Source of the DNA: Octopus vulgaris
Lineage: Eukaryota
Reading direction: 5' to 3'
Assembly: GCA_951406725.2 (NCBI GenBank)
Contig: OX597836.1
Span: 9,486,001-9,550,000, forward strand
DNA length: 64,000 nt
Positions within the stretch are counted from its first letter, which is position 1; each line of letters starts with the position of its first letter. The position numbers and the translations under genes were made by a program. A model generated the notes under the pieces. It saw only the letters and a program-made list of their open reading frames with translations. It was not told the origin of the DNA and ran no database searches. This document shows, one piece after another, positions 25,228 through 38,029 of the stretch.

Positions 25228-25529
25228 ATACTTAAGGGTTTAAAAAAATTAAAATATAGTTTATTGTATTGAATGTTGATAACCCCTCTCAAGATGCCAC
25301 CCCAATCATCAGGCCCTTATATAGTTTTATCAACATTCAATACAATAAACTATATTTTAATTTTTTTAAACCCTTAAGTATGTGTAAAATAGGTATGTTT
25401 AAATTAGTTTCACTGGACTCTACAGTACAAGCAATAATTCAGATAAAAATTCAAAGAAAGATAAAAAGTTACAGAAATAAAAGTTACATGAATAAAGTAA
25501 GGAATAAAAAAAAAAAAATATAGGAAAAT

Positions 25530-25843
25530 TTACAAAAACTATGTTAATAATATATAGTGTTCCAAATAAAATTAAATTTAGAAACACTATGTTAATAATA
25601 TATAGTGTTCCAAATAAAATTAAATTTAGAAACACTATGTTATTAATATATAGTGTTCCAAATAAAATTAAGTTTACAAATACTATGTTAATAATATATA
25701 GTGTTCCAAATAAAATTAAATTTACAAATACTATGTTAATAATATATAGTGTTCCAAATAAAATTAAATTTACAAAAACTATGTTAATAATATATAGTGT
25801 TCCAAATAAAATTAAATTTACAAAAACTATGTTAATAATATAT
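25530..25843. repeat. 48-bp minisatellite, about 6.5 units
   Basis: Six GTGTTCCAAA cores at 48-bp spacing versus five in copy A. Confidence 0.95.
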
Positions 25844-25954
25844 AAAAAATGTGAATTATATAAAACAGAATAACGTAAGCTTTTACATTTTACTTTTGAC
25901 AAACTTTTTCTAAAAAAGTCGAACCTTTTAAAATTGCATTTTCAAATTTTCTTT

Positions 25955-26022
<68 letters not shown>

Positions 26023-27338
26023 TTCTCAATTGAAACCGTCCAATGAATAGATTTTTGCGAAAATTTTTATGTATTTGCAGCTTTAATAATAAAGTACATA
26101 CATACATACATACATGCAGCCTACAAGAAACTCTGAAAATCTTCCCTGCTTGAACTTCCATAAGGCAAACTGGAAACAAATTGAGAAAGAGATCCTCAAA
26201 CAAAACAGGTGTAAATGTTTCTCCCCAGCAGACATCGACATGAAACTTCAACAATTCATGTTTGTAATGCAAGCCATATGTTACAAATGTGTCCCAGAGA
26301 GAAAGGCCACTGTACACCAGAACAAAATCCCCAGGGAGAGGAAAATTCTTATAAGACGGCATACAAAAGTCTCAAATCGCCTAAACAAACAAATTGAAAG
26401 CAGTGAAATGTCCCACCTGAAAATACAACTGCTGGAGATTGAAAAAAGTCTGCTGCTCCCCCATGCAAAAGAAAGAGCAGACAAAGAAGCCTGGGCTTTA
26501 GACAATATAAAATATTACCCCAGAGCTTTCTACAAGTTTGCCAAGACTCAAGAGATTAAGACTCTATTCCTTAGAGCATAGGCAAGAAAGATATGCCATA
26601 ATATACATCTGGAAGATCCTGGAAGGACTTGTCTCAAACTTTGGCATCACTGCATAGTGCCAACGACCCCAAATTTGCCACCAAGATGTTGGACAAGATA
26701 CTGCAATAGCCTGGGCTTCAGAGGTCCACAGCTCTTCAATATCCTCCTGAAGGACCTGAGAGACCTGCATGGGGTGGATGTAGGTGTCTTCAAAATAATG
26801 CTGGACCTCTTCCTGTCAAGTGTCCCAGATGAACCAACTTTGCAGCAAGAGGTGCAGATGAGGGCAGCTGCGTCAAACTCTCTCATGCACCAAATGTCAA
26901 TTCCTAAAAAGCATTCACGAAGGAAGTAAAATTATGTAGCAACACCAAATGGCCGTGCCCCAGCATGGCCACAGCTCATGAGCTGAAACTAGATAAAATA
27001 AAAAAATATATATATATTACACACATGGGAATGCGTACACGTACGTATGCAGACGTACGTGCGTATGTATATATATGTGTGTGTGTGCACATGCGTGTTT
27101 GTGTGCATATAAGCATGTATTTATGGGCATGCACGTGTGTGCATATATATATATATATATATATGTGTATGTATGCATATATATGCTTGTGTGTGTATTT
27201 GTGTGCATGCATGAATATGTGTGTATATGTGTAAATATATAGATATATATATATATATATATGTATATATATCGATTTATATGTGTATATATATATATGT
27301 ATATATATCGATTTATATGTGTATATATATATATTTAC

Positions 27339-27372
<34 letters not shown>

Positions 27373-30300
27373 AATATTATTAAAAGGAATAATAATATCC
27401 TCAAAAATATATGTTGATACAATATTTTCAAGGTAATCCAAACTGGTGAAATTCCAGCTGAACTTCTGAAAATTTTTTAGCAATTAATACACACTAACAA
27501 AAAGAAATGACAAAATCAAATTCAACTTAAGACATTCATTCATTCAACCATTAGTGATGTCACTGAATAACTAATTTGTTTTGTAGAAATAGAAATTTTA
27601 ATTTGAACGAAAATAAAATCAAAAGAAGAATAACATTAAGAATGAAAATAACAAATAAACTTATTTAAGAAAAGTCATTCAATTATTTGAGACTTCACAT
27701 TGATGATGAAATCCAAATAAGAGATACAAACCACCTTACTAATTCTACATTATGAGAATCTGAAATCTACACAGAAAAATAACCTAAAAAATTAGTATTT
27801 TTACATACATTTATTGATGATATCACTGGATAACTAAAGAATAAAAATTACAGATAAGATTTCTATATTATACTTATTAGAAGCTTATATACTTTACTTT
27901 GTGATAATTAATCATCTGTTTACTCATTATATTAAAAACCCTTTTATAAGAATTAACCGTATTATATAAGAATTAAAAAAATATTCTAATTTATAATGGA
28001 AATATTTGAATATCTTTCTAAATTTATGGCAACGTCTTAAAGTAAAGTATTCATTGAAATTTAATATATTTCAGTCGGTTTTCAATCTATCTCCATCATT
28101 TCATAAGAATTTTCCTCCCTCTAAGGTTCTAGTTTTTATGCATGTTGGCCTTGTGGTTTGACGCTAGTCTTGGATCCCAACTTAATAAGAGCTTTCTATG
28201 TATGGACCAAAAATCCTTATAGATATACAGCCTATGATTTAGGATAGATTTGTCATATAAGGCTTGAATTATGGGCTTGAAATATTTGAGTTTCATGTCA
28301 ATGTCTATTGTGGAGAGACATTTACACCAATCCTGTTTGAGGGTCTCTTTCTCAATTGATTTCCAGTTAGCTCTATGAAAGTTCACACTGGAAAGATTTC
28401 CAGTGCTTTGTATAGGCTGTATATCTTTAAGGACTTTTGGTGCATACATAGACAGCTTTATTATGTTGGGATCCAGGTCTAGTGTCATTATCACTTTCAC
28501 ATTATGGATGACGTCCATATTGTTTGTGAATGAGAGATCCAATATATTATTTGCATTGGTTGGCTGGAGCATAATTTGCTCCATGAATGAAGCATTGGTA
28601 AGGTTGAGCAGAAACCCCACCTGTGCTCGTTAGCAGTGTTCCATTCCTAAGAGCATTACGCCCTCTGGCCATCCCACATTAGGGAAGCTGAAGTCACCCA
28701 AAAGGAAGACGTTGATGTGTTGCTCCAGTATGGTGAGAAGTTCCATCTTTGCGAAGTAGTCTTCAAATTTGTCTGTGTGATTTGGAGCATCTTGTTTGAG
28801 GGATTTCCATCAGAAATTTTCAAGGCTTGCAGAAACAATTGCAGTACCTTGATTGTCCAATTTCACGACGTCTTTGCTGTATAAACCTAAAGAGAAAGAG
28901 AGATGGAGAGATAGAGAAAGACAGGGAGTCAGAGAAGGAGAGTGAGGAGAGAGGGGAGAGAGAAAGAGAGTGAGATGAAAAGCAGTATGAAAGTGCAGAT
29001 AAGTACTACTTATCAAGTACTACTTAAAAAGAAAGTTCATGCAATGCTTATGAATGACAGTTTTTGTAAAACCTAACCGGCTTCCGTGCCAGTGGCAAGT
29101 AAAAGGGCACCATTCACGCGTGATCGTTACCAGTGTTGCCTTACTGGTACTTGTGCCCGTGCTAGTAGGGTGCCAAGAGCACCATCCAAGCGTGATCGCT
29201 GCTAGAGCAGCCAACTGGCTTCCGTGCCAGTGGCACGTAAAAGGGCGCCATTCGTGCATGATCGTTACCAATGTCACTTCACTGGCACCTGTGCTGGTGG
29301 CATGTGTAAACGGATTCGAGTGAGGTCGTTGCCAGTACCGCCTGACTGGTCACCGTGCCGGTGGCATGTAAAAAGCACCCACTACACTCTCGGAGTGGTT
29401 GGCATTAGGAAGGGCATCCAGCTGTAGAAACTCTGCCAGATCAAGATTGGAGCCTGGTGCAGCCATCTGGTTCGCCAGTCCTCAGTCAAAATCGTCCAAC
29501 CCATGCTAGCATGGAAAGCGGATGTTAAACGATGATGATGATGATACGAACACACAGACACAAATACTATGCGCATGCACTCAGACACTACACCTTGCTA
29601 GCACTCACACACTCTCTTTGTACACATTGTAAATAAAGTCTTCTTCTCTCACAAACAGTAGAACGGTTGTCGTCCTTCATTTATTCCTTTGGCTCTGTAT
29701 TTGGCTTTCATATTTTGTTAGGGGCGACCGTGCTGCATTTTAAAGGAGACATTTGTCACCAGCTCCATACGTATGGTCGTATTCCCTACAGCATATATGT
29801 ATTTTCACAAATGTCAAAATGTTTGACTAGGGTCTTGTTGATTATCTATCACTAAGGTGAAAACAAATTATGGTTAACAATGTAGGGAATTATCCAACTG
29901 CAATTGAACTAGGTAGTAGAATGTCTGGATATGGTCTAATACATTGTCTATTACTAAGGTAAGACCAAATTATGGTTAACCAAAGTAGGGAATTAGCTAG
30001 CATACAAGAATGATTTGAATTAAAATGCTGGCATTAATGGGTCGTAAGTATTCTTTGTCTGACGGTAGTCTAATTTTAACAATCATTTTTCCATGTTTGC
30101 ATGGGGTGAGCAAATTTACTATTTACAGATTTTCTACGACTGGATGCCCATCCTGTCACCAACCCTTATCTGTTTCAGTTTAGTATTTCTCCATATTCAG
30201 ACATATTGGCTTTAAATTATGGTAGAGGGCAGGCCTTTCTGAGGGGAGGGGGAACTTGGATGCATCAACCCCAGTACATGACTGGTACTTATTTTATTGA

Positions 30301-30793
30301 CTCGGAAAGGATTATGGTTAAAGTGAACGTCGGCAGAATTTGAGCTCAGAGTGTAAAGACGGACAAAATACCGCTAAGCATTTTGTCTGGCATGCTAACA
30401 GTTCTGCCAGCTCAGCATCTTCCCATGGTCAGACAGATTTTCACACAACACTGGAAACGAAGAAGGATATTCATTTACAATAATCATACACTGTCAAGAT
30501 AAGGAGACATAAACATGCACACACCCACACTCATGCATAGTATTAATAGAATAGAAGACAAGTAAGCTGTAGTTGAAGAGCCTTGCCCTAGGTGCCATGC
30601 AGTGGGACTGAACCTGAAACTTTGTGGTTGAGAGGCAAACTCCTTAGCCATACAGCCATGCCGGTACCTATAAGCTAGTAAAAACTGAAAAACTAAAAAT
30701 TGCAATAGAAGACTTTTTTTCTATTTGTTTCTGGTATTTTATTACAAAGTTGTCATATTTTCACTTACGTTTATTTCTTTTCATCATTTCTAG

Positions 30794-31951
30794 ATTCGAG
30801 TTCTTGGATTCATTGCTGTGGTCAGCAGCTTCTTTCTACTGTTTACCTGGAAGCAATATTCTGTGAATAAAGAATATACAGGGACAACATTAAACAAACA
30901 CAACCAAAAGTTTATAAATAATTCTAAGGAATTTCCAAATAATCAAGTGCATCATATAAATAACAAAACTGTAAGCAAAGAGAAACAGGAATTGGTTCAG
31001 TTAAACAACAAAACTAAATATATTATTTATTACTGTGTTAATAATATAGAGTGTGGCGGTTGGGGAGATAGGCAGCATGGAATAGTCTCTGTATATTTAA
31101 TGGCACAGGCCATGGGTCGTCGTTTTGGCATCATTATTTCAAAACCTTGTAATTTTGCAAAATATCTTCAACCTAACAAAATTAACTGGACAATTGACCC
31201 AAAAGAGTTGCATGGCCTAAAAAGTCATCACCTACGTTTGACTGGAAATAAAGGGTACATATCTGCTTTACAATCAGTAGACTTAGAAAGACGCCACCCT
31301 CAAAATGTCCTCTATGTGACAACAAATTATATCTATTTTCACAGCTTAATAGAGAATCCTCGCTACAAAAAACAACTTCTTTGGTCATCACAAATGCCAT
31401 ATGGAAATGTATTTGCTAAAATAATGAATTTAATGTTTCGATTCAATGATCATTTTCAAGAAGCGTTTGACAAATTCTTTGAAGTCAATATCCCCAACCC
31501 AAATATGCATTTGGTGTGTGCTCAGATTCGAATTGGACGGAACCCCACAATGCCACATGATGACCGAAGGATGTCAATGTCAAGTGTTCAATCTCTCTGG
31601 AACTTCTTAAGTAAATACAAAAACACCAGCAAGTACAAAATGTTTGTGACAACAGACTCAGAAAAGGTACAGAAGATAGCTTTAAAAAAATTTTCTCCTC
31701 AAATCGTGTACAACCCTGGGGAAATACTTCATGTGGATCAACCAAGTGGAAATGTGAAAAATAGGTGTGAAGGTTTAAGGAAGGTCATTATGGACCAACA
31801 TATTCTGACTAAATGTGATACGTTGATAATAAGCCGAAGTAATTTTGGTGAAAATGCTATGATGATGAGCCAAAAAGACAACAAAGTGTATTATTTTAAA
31901 GAAGGAAATATAACAAGGATCGACAAAAAAAAATTTTTTCGTAACAGGTAA
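30794..31951 (+). CDS. Terminal coding exon of fucosyltransferase-superfamily protein, copy B
   Basis: Same acceptor and motifs as 6017-7174; intact frame; three amino-acid differences near the N-terminus. Confidence 0.9.
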   Translation: MRVLGFIAVVSSFFLLFTWKQYSVNKEYTGTTLNKHNQKFINNSKEFPNNQVHHINNKTVSKEKQELVQLNNKTKYIIYYCVNNIECGGWGDRQHGIVSVYLMAQAMGRRFGIIISKPCNFAKYLQPNKINWTIDPKELHGLKSHHLRLTGNKGYISALQSVDLERRHPQNVLYVTTNYIYFHSLIENPRYKKQLLWSSQMPYGNVFAKIMNLMFRFNDHFQEAFDKFFEVNIPNPNMHLVCAQIRIGRNPTMPHDDRRMSMSSVQSLWNFLSKYKNTSKYKMFVTTDSEKVQKIALKKFSPQIVYNPGEILHVDQPSGNVKNRCEGLRKVIMDQHILTKCDTLIISRSNFGENAMMMSQKDNKVYYFKEGNITRIDKKKFFRNR

Positions 31952-32989
31952 AATACTTGGTTGTGAGACAGGATTTTTTTGACACCCAGAATCTGAAAGT
32001 GACATCCATGTATCATCATCATGTCAAGATCTTAAGATACTGGATGCATAGAATTTCATTGGTCTTTCAATAAAACAGCTTATGAGGAATAAGGTATAAC
32101 ATACAAACATACATAGCAATTGATTTTCCTTCAAAACCAGAATGTTTTCTTGAAATTCTACTGAAGAACTAATAAAAATCTTCAAATTACTATAGGCAAA
32201 TTATAACATTTACATATGCCCACGGGCATATAGTGTAAGGGTTTTGAGCATGAGCTATTAACCCCAAGATTCCAAGTTCGATTCCAGGCAGTGACCCGAG
32301 AAACACAATTTCTAGTTAACTAAACACTTTAAAACTTCGTATACTGGTAGAATTATTTTCACTTGGCTTTCTTGATAAATTTGTAATCCGTTTGTTTAAC
32401 GTAGTTTAATTTTTCGAATTTTAACCAATCCTATGCTCTCTTTTGAGCTAAAATCATTTGCTGCATCTAAAACTGAGACAACATCCTGTAACTAACCCTC
32501 CCCTCCCCCTAACCCTAAATTTTTTTTTCTTAATTGTTAAATTAATTTGTTACGCGTGTAAAAAAAACTAAAGCAATGGAAAATAATTTGGATCTTTTCC
32601 TTTTGATGGACGGAATTTTCTAGTTAACTAAACAATTTGAAACTTCGTATACTGGTAGAATGTGTCAAAAGAAAACATTAATTTCACTTAGCTTTTTTGA
32701 GAAAATTGTATTTTGTAAGTTTTAGGTAGTTTAATTCTTCGAATTTTAACCAATCGTATTCTCTGTTTTGAGCTGAAATCATTTCCACGTCTAAACATAC
32801 TGTTACTGTGACATAAACAGCTATTTTGTGACGTAGTTAACGTAAACAGCTAAATTCGTTTGAAAAGCTTGACATCCTAAACAGCTAAATTCGTTTGGAA
32901 AGCCTAAAATTAGTGTTTAAATTATTTTCCATTGTTTGCATTGCTTTATAGAATTTGAAAGTTATTCGTTTTGTATAAAATTATTGATA

Positions 32990-33221
32990 TATCAATAATT
33001 TGTTTACTAATGACCACCACCACTACCACCACCGGAAGCGCGCGTAATTCAAAGTTGTTCACTTTGATATCATCACGTGCGAAAAATTTTCTAGCGTAAG
33101 GGAAGTAGCTAAAAAAAATTTGTCGGATGGAGTTATATATGGTTATGTAGAAAAATGGTTTCAATTAGAAAAGGAACATTTCTAGAAAATAGTAAATTGA
33201 AGTGTGAACAAATTATTGATA
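32990..33221. mobile_element. Small MITE-like element with 15-bp TIRs and TA flanks
   Basis: TA|TATCAATAATTTGTT ... AACAAATTATTGATA|TA. Confidence 0.6.
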
Positions 33222-34420
33222 TATTATATTAATTGGACAAAAGAAGATTTAGCAACTTACAGAGCATAGGTATCACATTTATTTTTAAACTTAACTTCAA
33301 ACTTCATTTGTTTTATATTTTGTATATTTTTATATTCTAAATAATTTGCAATTTCAAAAAATATATTAATTTTGCGTTTTTTAATTTGATAAATTCTACG
33401 GAATAATTTTGCGCGTTATATACGTTCGCGTTTGTGTAAAAAAAAAATTATTATTTAAGTTTTAAAAATTATTTACTTTGTTCAAAAAATATTATGAATA
33501 TTAATTAATTTTTAAGAATTATTTAATTTATATAATTAATTCATTAATTTTATTCTGTAAAATAGTAATTAATTCATTTATCTGTAAATCCGCGTGGGAA
33601 TCGCTATGTTGTCACTCAGGCAGCTAGAAATAGCAGCCAGATTTCCCTCCAATAACACCTTATTGTCTTAAAAAGCAGAAAGGTATCTAAAAAATCCGAT
33701 TTTTTTTTTTTTCTTAGTGAAAATCGTGCGGGTGTTACTCTGTAATTTTACCCAAAAAATTATATACATTTGTGTGAAGAAATTAATTCATTAAGTTTAA
33801 CAAATTATATGGTGGTGGTGGGGGGTTGTAACGCGCATGCGCAAGTCACCTCGTAGGATCTCAAGTATCGAGTACCTACGTCTGGCTAGCGCGCACGCGC
33901 GAATCCGCGCGTGCGCAACCGGGACCACTCTGCGATACAAGTACCCATTTTTCTGGGAAGGAAAGAAGGGTGATTCCAGTCTGAAGTTATGTCAATGTAT
34001 TAAGGTCGTGTTAAGATCAACGGTTCTGGATTCCCAATTGACGGAATCGAAAATGTTTTATTGGAGTCGCAGCTTTTAAATTTTGCGCGTTTATTCAACG
34101 GAAATTGGCCGGTGTCAGCTAAGTTAGTTCCGTTATAAATAGTGGTACACTATACCGTCATCACTGTATTTTTTTCTTTCTGCTTATGGTGTTTATTTAA
34201 AAAAAAAAAAAAGTTCTAGTGAAAAGTTTTAAGGTGATTCTTCGGTATAGGTACCGTAAGTGGCTTTGTTTACATTTCTGAAGATAACAGAAACCCTTTT
34301 CTCCCACCCTTAACCATAACCCTAATCCCCCATATATAAAAAAAAACAACACTTTCTTGACATGTGTCTGGTACCTCTAGCCAAGTTACGCCAGTTTTAA
34401 AATTAATTATTTTTATTAAA

Positions 34421-34693
34421 TCTTTATATATAAAAGTGAAGTTGTGTGTCTCTCCTCCGATTTAGATTCCTAACTACTCCCACATTTTGCGGTGCAGTTT
34501 AACCAAAAGCGGGTATCTTATAGTCGTGATTCATATCGAGCCCTTCTGGGTATTAGCGCGCGTCTACGATGAGTCTACGATTTTAAAAATAATTTACCAT
34601 CATTTTTTGCTATTTTTTTGGCTATAACTCTCTAAAAATGCTTATATAGTTATTTCCCTTACAAACCCGAGCAACGCCGGGCGATACTGCTAG
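34421..34693 (+). mobile_element. Non-autonomous Helitron
   Basis: A|TC start, subterminal hairpin CCCGAGCAACGCCGGG, CTAG|T end, no TSD. Confidence 0.9.
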
Positions 34694-34898
34694 TTATATA
34701 TAAATGAATTTTTATTATAATCATTCGAACTCATCCAACATTTTGTATTTGTCTGTTTTATGATGTCCCCATTCTATGTTTCGATCCTATGTGATCATAA
34801 TAAAGAATTCATCAGAAGAGGAGAAAAAGAAACCATTGAAGAAGTTAAATTAGGGATCATGCTGGCTAAGGCCCTTTCAGGTGTGATCAAACGTATAA

Positions 34899-35271
34899 TC
34901 TTTATATATAAAAGGTTGTGTGTCTGTCTCCTACGATTTAGATTCCTAACTACTCCCACATTTTGCGGTGCAGTTTAACCACAACCGGGTATCTTATAGT
35001 CGTGATTCATATCGAGCCCTTCTGGGTATTAGCGCGCGTCTACGATGAGTCTATGATTTAAAAAAAAATTTACCATAATTTTTCCGTATTTTTAATGTAT
35101 TTTCGCTCGGTTTATATAAGGGAAGTAACTCTCTAAAAATGTAAAAAGCTACAGTAACACCACCCCCTTGTGGTTAGCCATATTGAGATGGCTATTATAC
35201 TTTACATCTCTAAAAATGCTTATATAGTTATTTCCCTTACAAATCCGAGCAACGCCGGGTGATACTGCTAG
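34899..35271 (+). mobile_element. Non-autonomous Helitron (same family)
   Basis: A|TCTTTATATATAAAAG ... CCGAGCAACGCCGGG..CTAG|T. Confidence 0.9.
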
Positions 35272-35397
35272 TGTGAAATAAACGGTTATTAATTAGAGCG
35301 AGGACAAACGACTTCAACGTATGGAGACAACTGGCAAAATGAAAGGAAGAAGCCAGTGTAGACAGAGATGGAAAACACTCGATGACTTTACCGGCTG

Positions 35398-35654
35398 GGT
35401 ACTACTTGAGAACAGTGGTCCCGGTGCGCGCACTCGCGTAGATGCGCATCCGCACTAGCTAGTCGTGACCAGCCGATCCTACAACGACTACCTAGCAAAG
35501 TAAATGAAACACAAAATAAATAATTTTTTAACACAAAGTAGATCATTTTTGTTAAACAAAGTAAATAAAACACAAAAATACAAAGTGAAGATCGACTAGT
35601 CATGACTAGCTAGCGCGAGTGCGCGCGTCGGGACCACTGTTCTCCAGTGGTACC
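35398..35654. mobile_element. MITE with long CpG-rich TIRs and 8-9 bp TSD (Mutator- or hAT-like)
   Basis: GGTACTACTTGAGAACAGTGGTCCCG / CGGGACCACTGTTCTCCAGTGGTACC; ACCGGCTG(G) on both sides. Confidence 0.85.
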
Positions 35655-37204
35655 ACCGGCTGGTTAAAGAAAGATCGACTTTATAATTTAAGATGTATGT
35701 GAGACAGAAGACAGAAACGTATGATAGCCGGAGTCTGTCCGCATTTTAAGTAGAGATCGTGTCCACCGTAATTAAATTAGCTGTTCTCCTTTTCCGGAGG
35801 TAAAAAAAGCTACTCTAATTGCTAAGCAACTAACAGGAAGTAATCGTAAACAAACTTGTAATTCAAACCGCGAACTCTCAATAAACAGATTTGACACCAG
35901 TAAGTTTTGTACTTTTAACGTTTTATACTTGTAAGGATTATAATTAATAGTCTGAGATCATAATTATAGTTATTGTTTCTGAAGTTCTCCTAAGTTATTT
36001 ATTATTTTATTTTCCCAATTCAACGCAGATTAATTCAATGTAAACTTTTATATAATACATAAACAACCAGCCAGTTGACTAAAGCAGACGCTCAGATTCC
36101 ACCATAACACAAATATGAACAAAAGGCTTGCTATACTAATAAAACTTAGCGACAAACTACAATATTTTTAAATACTTCATTAACATAGAACTATCCAAGA
36201 GAAATACACATGAGAAGAGCCCTGATGGACTCGCTCTTCACCCTTAGGCTAGAGGCAGAGACCTCGTACAAGGACTCTTTATTCTATTACACGTCCCTTA
36301 ATAATAATAATAATAAGAATAATAGTAAACATTGTGTACAGTGCTCAGGTGCACTACAACTCATCTAAAGTGCATATATAATCAGGTGTAGTTTCGACGG
36401 ATTTCGGAAAGCATGAGGGCCTTAAAGGATGCAGTGTCATGGCAGTCAACAACTGACGCAGGCAGTCAACTATCTCCGTGTCTACACTAAACATACGCAC
36501 AAATCCTTTTATGTATACACACGCAATATTTAAGAAAAAAATGAATATACACAAAAAAGAACGAAACATGTGTATATACACACACAATATTTAAGAACAA
36601 AGGAATACTACGTCGGTGATGAAGTTTACTACATTCGTAGATGAACGAAATAAGGCATTCGAATCTCGCAACCAGTTGATGTACTACGTTTTTTTTAAGC
36701 TATGGTTTTGAGACGTTGGTGAGTGTTGGGCCACTCACCAAGGTTTTTGACAACGTTAGGGTTCCGCCTCACTAAAGTATCAGATGGGTGCTTGGAAGAA
36801 TGCCTGGCTATTTGTTCCAGCGCCTCAGGCTTGCAATCACTCGCAGCAATGCCGTGAGTGCTTTAGAGATGCCCTTGATTAACCATTATGCAAAATAAAC
36901 ACGTGCTCAGGGCATCAAGGGGAAAAAGGGGAACCAGCACTAGTGAGGTTGCCTCAACAGGTCATCACAAGTGCAGTTTATTGCCCAATGATTGAAGTTA
37001 CTTAGGTGGGTCGGTTATGCTGCACTGGCATTTGTCATGGTCACAGTCTCACTTGGCATGCTGGGTCTTCTGAATCACAGCATATCTCCAAAGGTCTCAG
37101 TCAACTTATCCTAACAAAAGATTTGCTGGCCTTGTGCAAAAAATTAGAATCAATATACTTTTTAATCACCAAATCTGAGGAAGCATAAAAGTTGATTAGT
37201 ACCA

Positions 37205-37880
37205 GCTTACTTCCTAACCTGCGGTTTTGGGTTCAGTCCCACTACATAGCACCTTGGACAATTGTCTTCTACTATAACCCCAGACTGATTTAGGCCTTGT
37301 GAATGGATTCAATGAAAAGAAACTGCATGGCACCTTGGGCAAGTATCTTCTACTATAGCCTCAGGTTGACCAAAGCCTTGTGAGTGGATTTGGTAGACAG
37401 AAACGGAAAGAAACCTCACCGCCTTGACTGGCTTCCATGCTGGTGGCACGTAAGAAGCACCAACTGATCATGGCCGTTGCCAGCCCCCCTGGCACCCGTG
37501 CCGGTGGCATGTAAAAAGCACCCACTACACTCACAGTGTGGTTGGCATTAGGAATGGCATCCAGCTGTAGAAACACTGCCAGATCAGACCGGAGCCTGGT
37601 GCAGCCTCCTGGCTTCCCAGACCCCGGTCAAACTGTCCAACCCATGCTAGCATGGAAAACGGACGTTAAATGATGATGATGACATATGAGTTTGTGTGTC
37701 TGTTTGTCCTCCCACCATCACTTGACAACCGATGGTGGTGTGTTTACGTCCCCATAACTTAGTGGTTCAGCCAAAGAGACCGATAGAATAAGTACTAGGC
37801 TTCCAAAGAATAAGTCCTGGGGTCGATTTGCTCCAGCATGGCTGCAGTCAAATGACTGAAACAAGTAAAAGAGTAAAAGG
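37205..37880 (+). mobile_element. SINE family A pieces interrupted by an RTE-tail element (about 37415-37683)
   Basis: SINE 5' half, RTE tail ending in (GAT)n, then SINE 3' half ending AAAAGAGTAAAAG. Confidence 0.8.
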
Positions 37881-38029
37881 GAATATTCACTTCTTGTCTT
37901 CTAGCCATGGGAAGAATATTATTTGGCTTGAAAATAGGTGAGGGTGGGCAACAGGGTGGGCATCTTCAAAACCATGCAGTTGAGAAATAAACTTCAATGA
38001 ATTTGGTCTGTTTTATATCCTTGTATTCA

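Larger units (their letters stand above)
22745..26096 (-). mobile_element. Putative non-autonomous Helitron carrying tandem and inverted repeats
   Basis: Minus-strand 3' end: hairpin ACCCGC..GCGGGT (22758-22776) then CTAG|T at 22745; candidate 5' end TACTTTATTATTAAAGCTG near 26096 resembles the head of the Helitron at 40039-40410. Linkage of the two ends is inferred. Confidence 0.45.
24924..32985. repeat. Segmental duplication, copy B
   Basis: Matches 1-8209 apart from scattered SNPs, microsatellite length changes, a 175-bp and a 13-bp deletion and one extra 48-bp unit. Confidence 0.97.

Noticed and set aside
34767-34820. Minus-strand CTGATGA...GATCGAAACATA hammerhead-like string
   Set aside because: Stem I does not pair convincingly and stem II lacks its closing G; at best a decayed copy.
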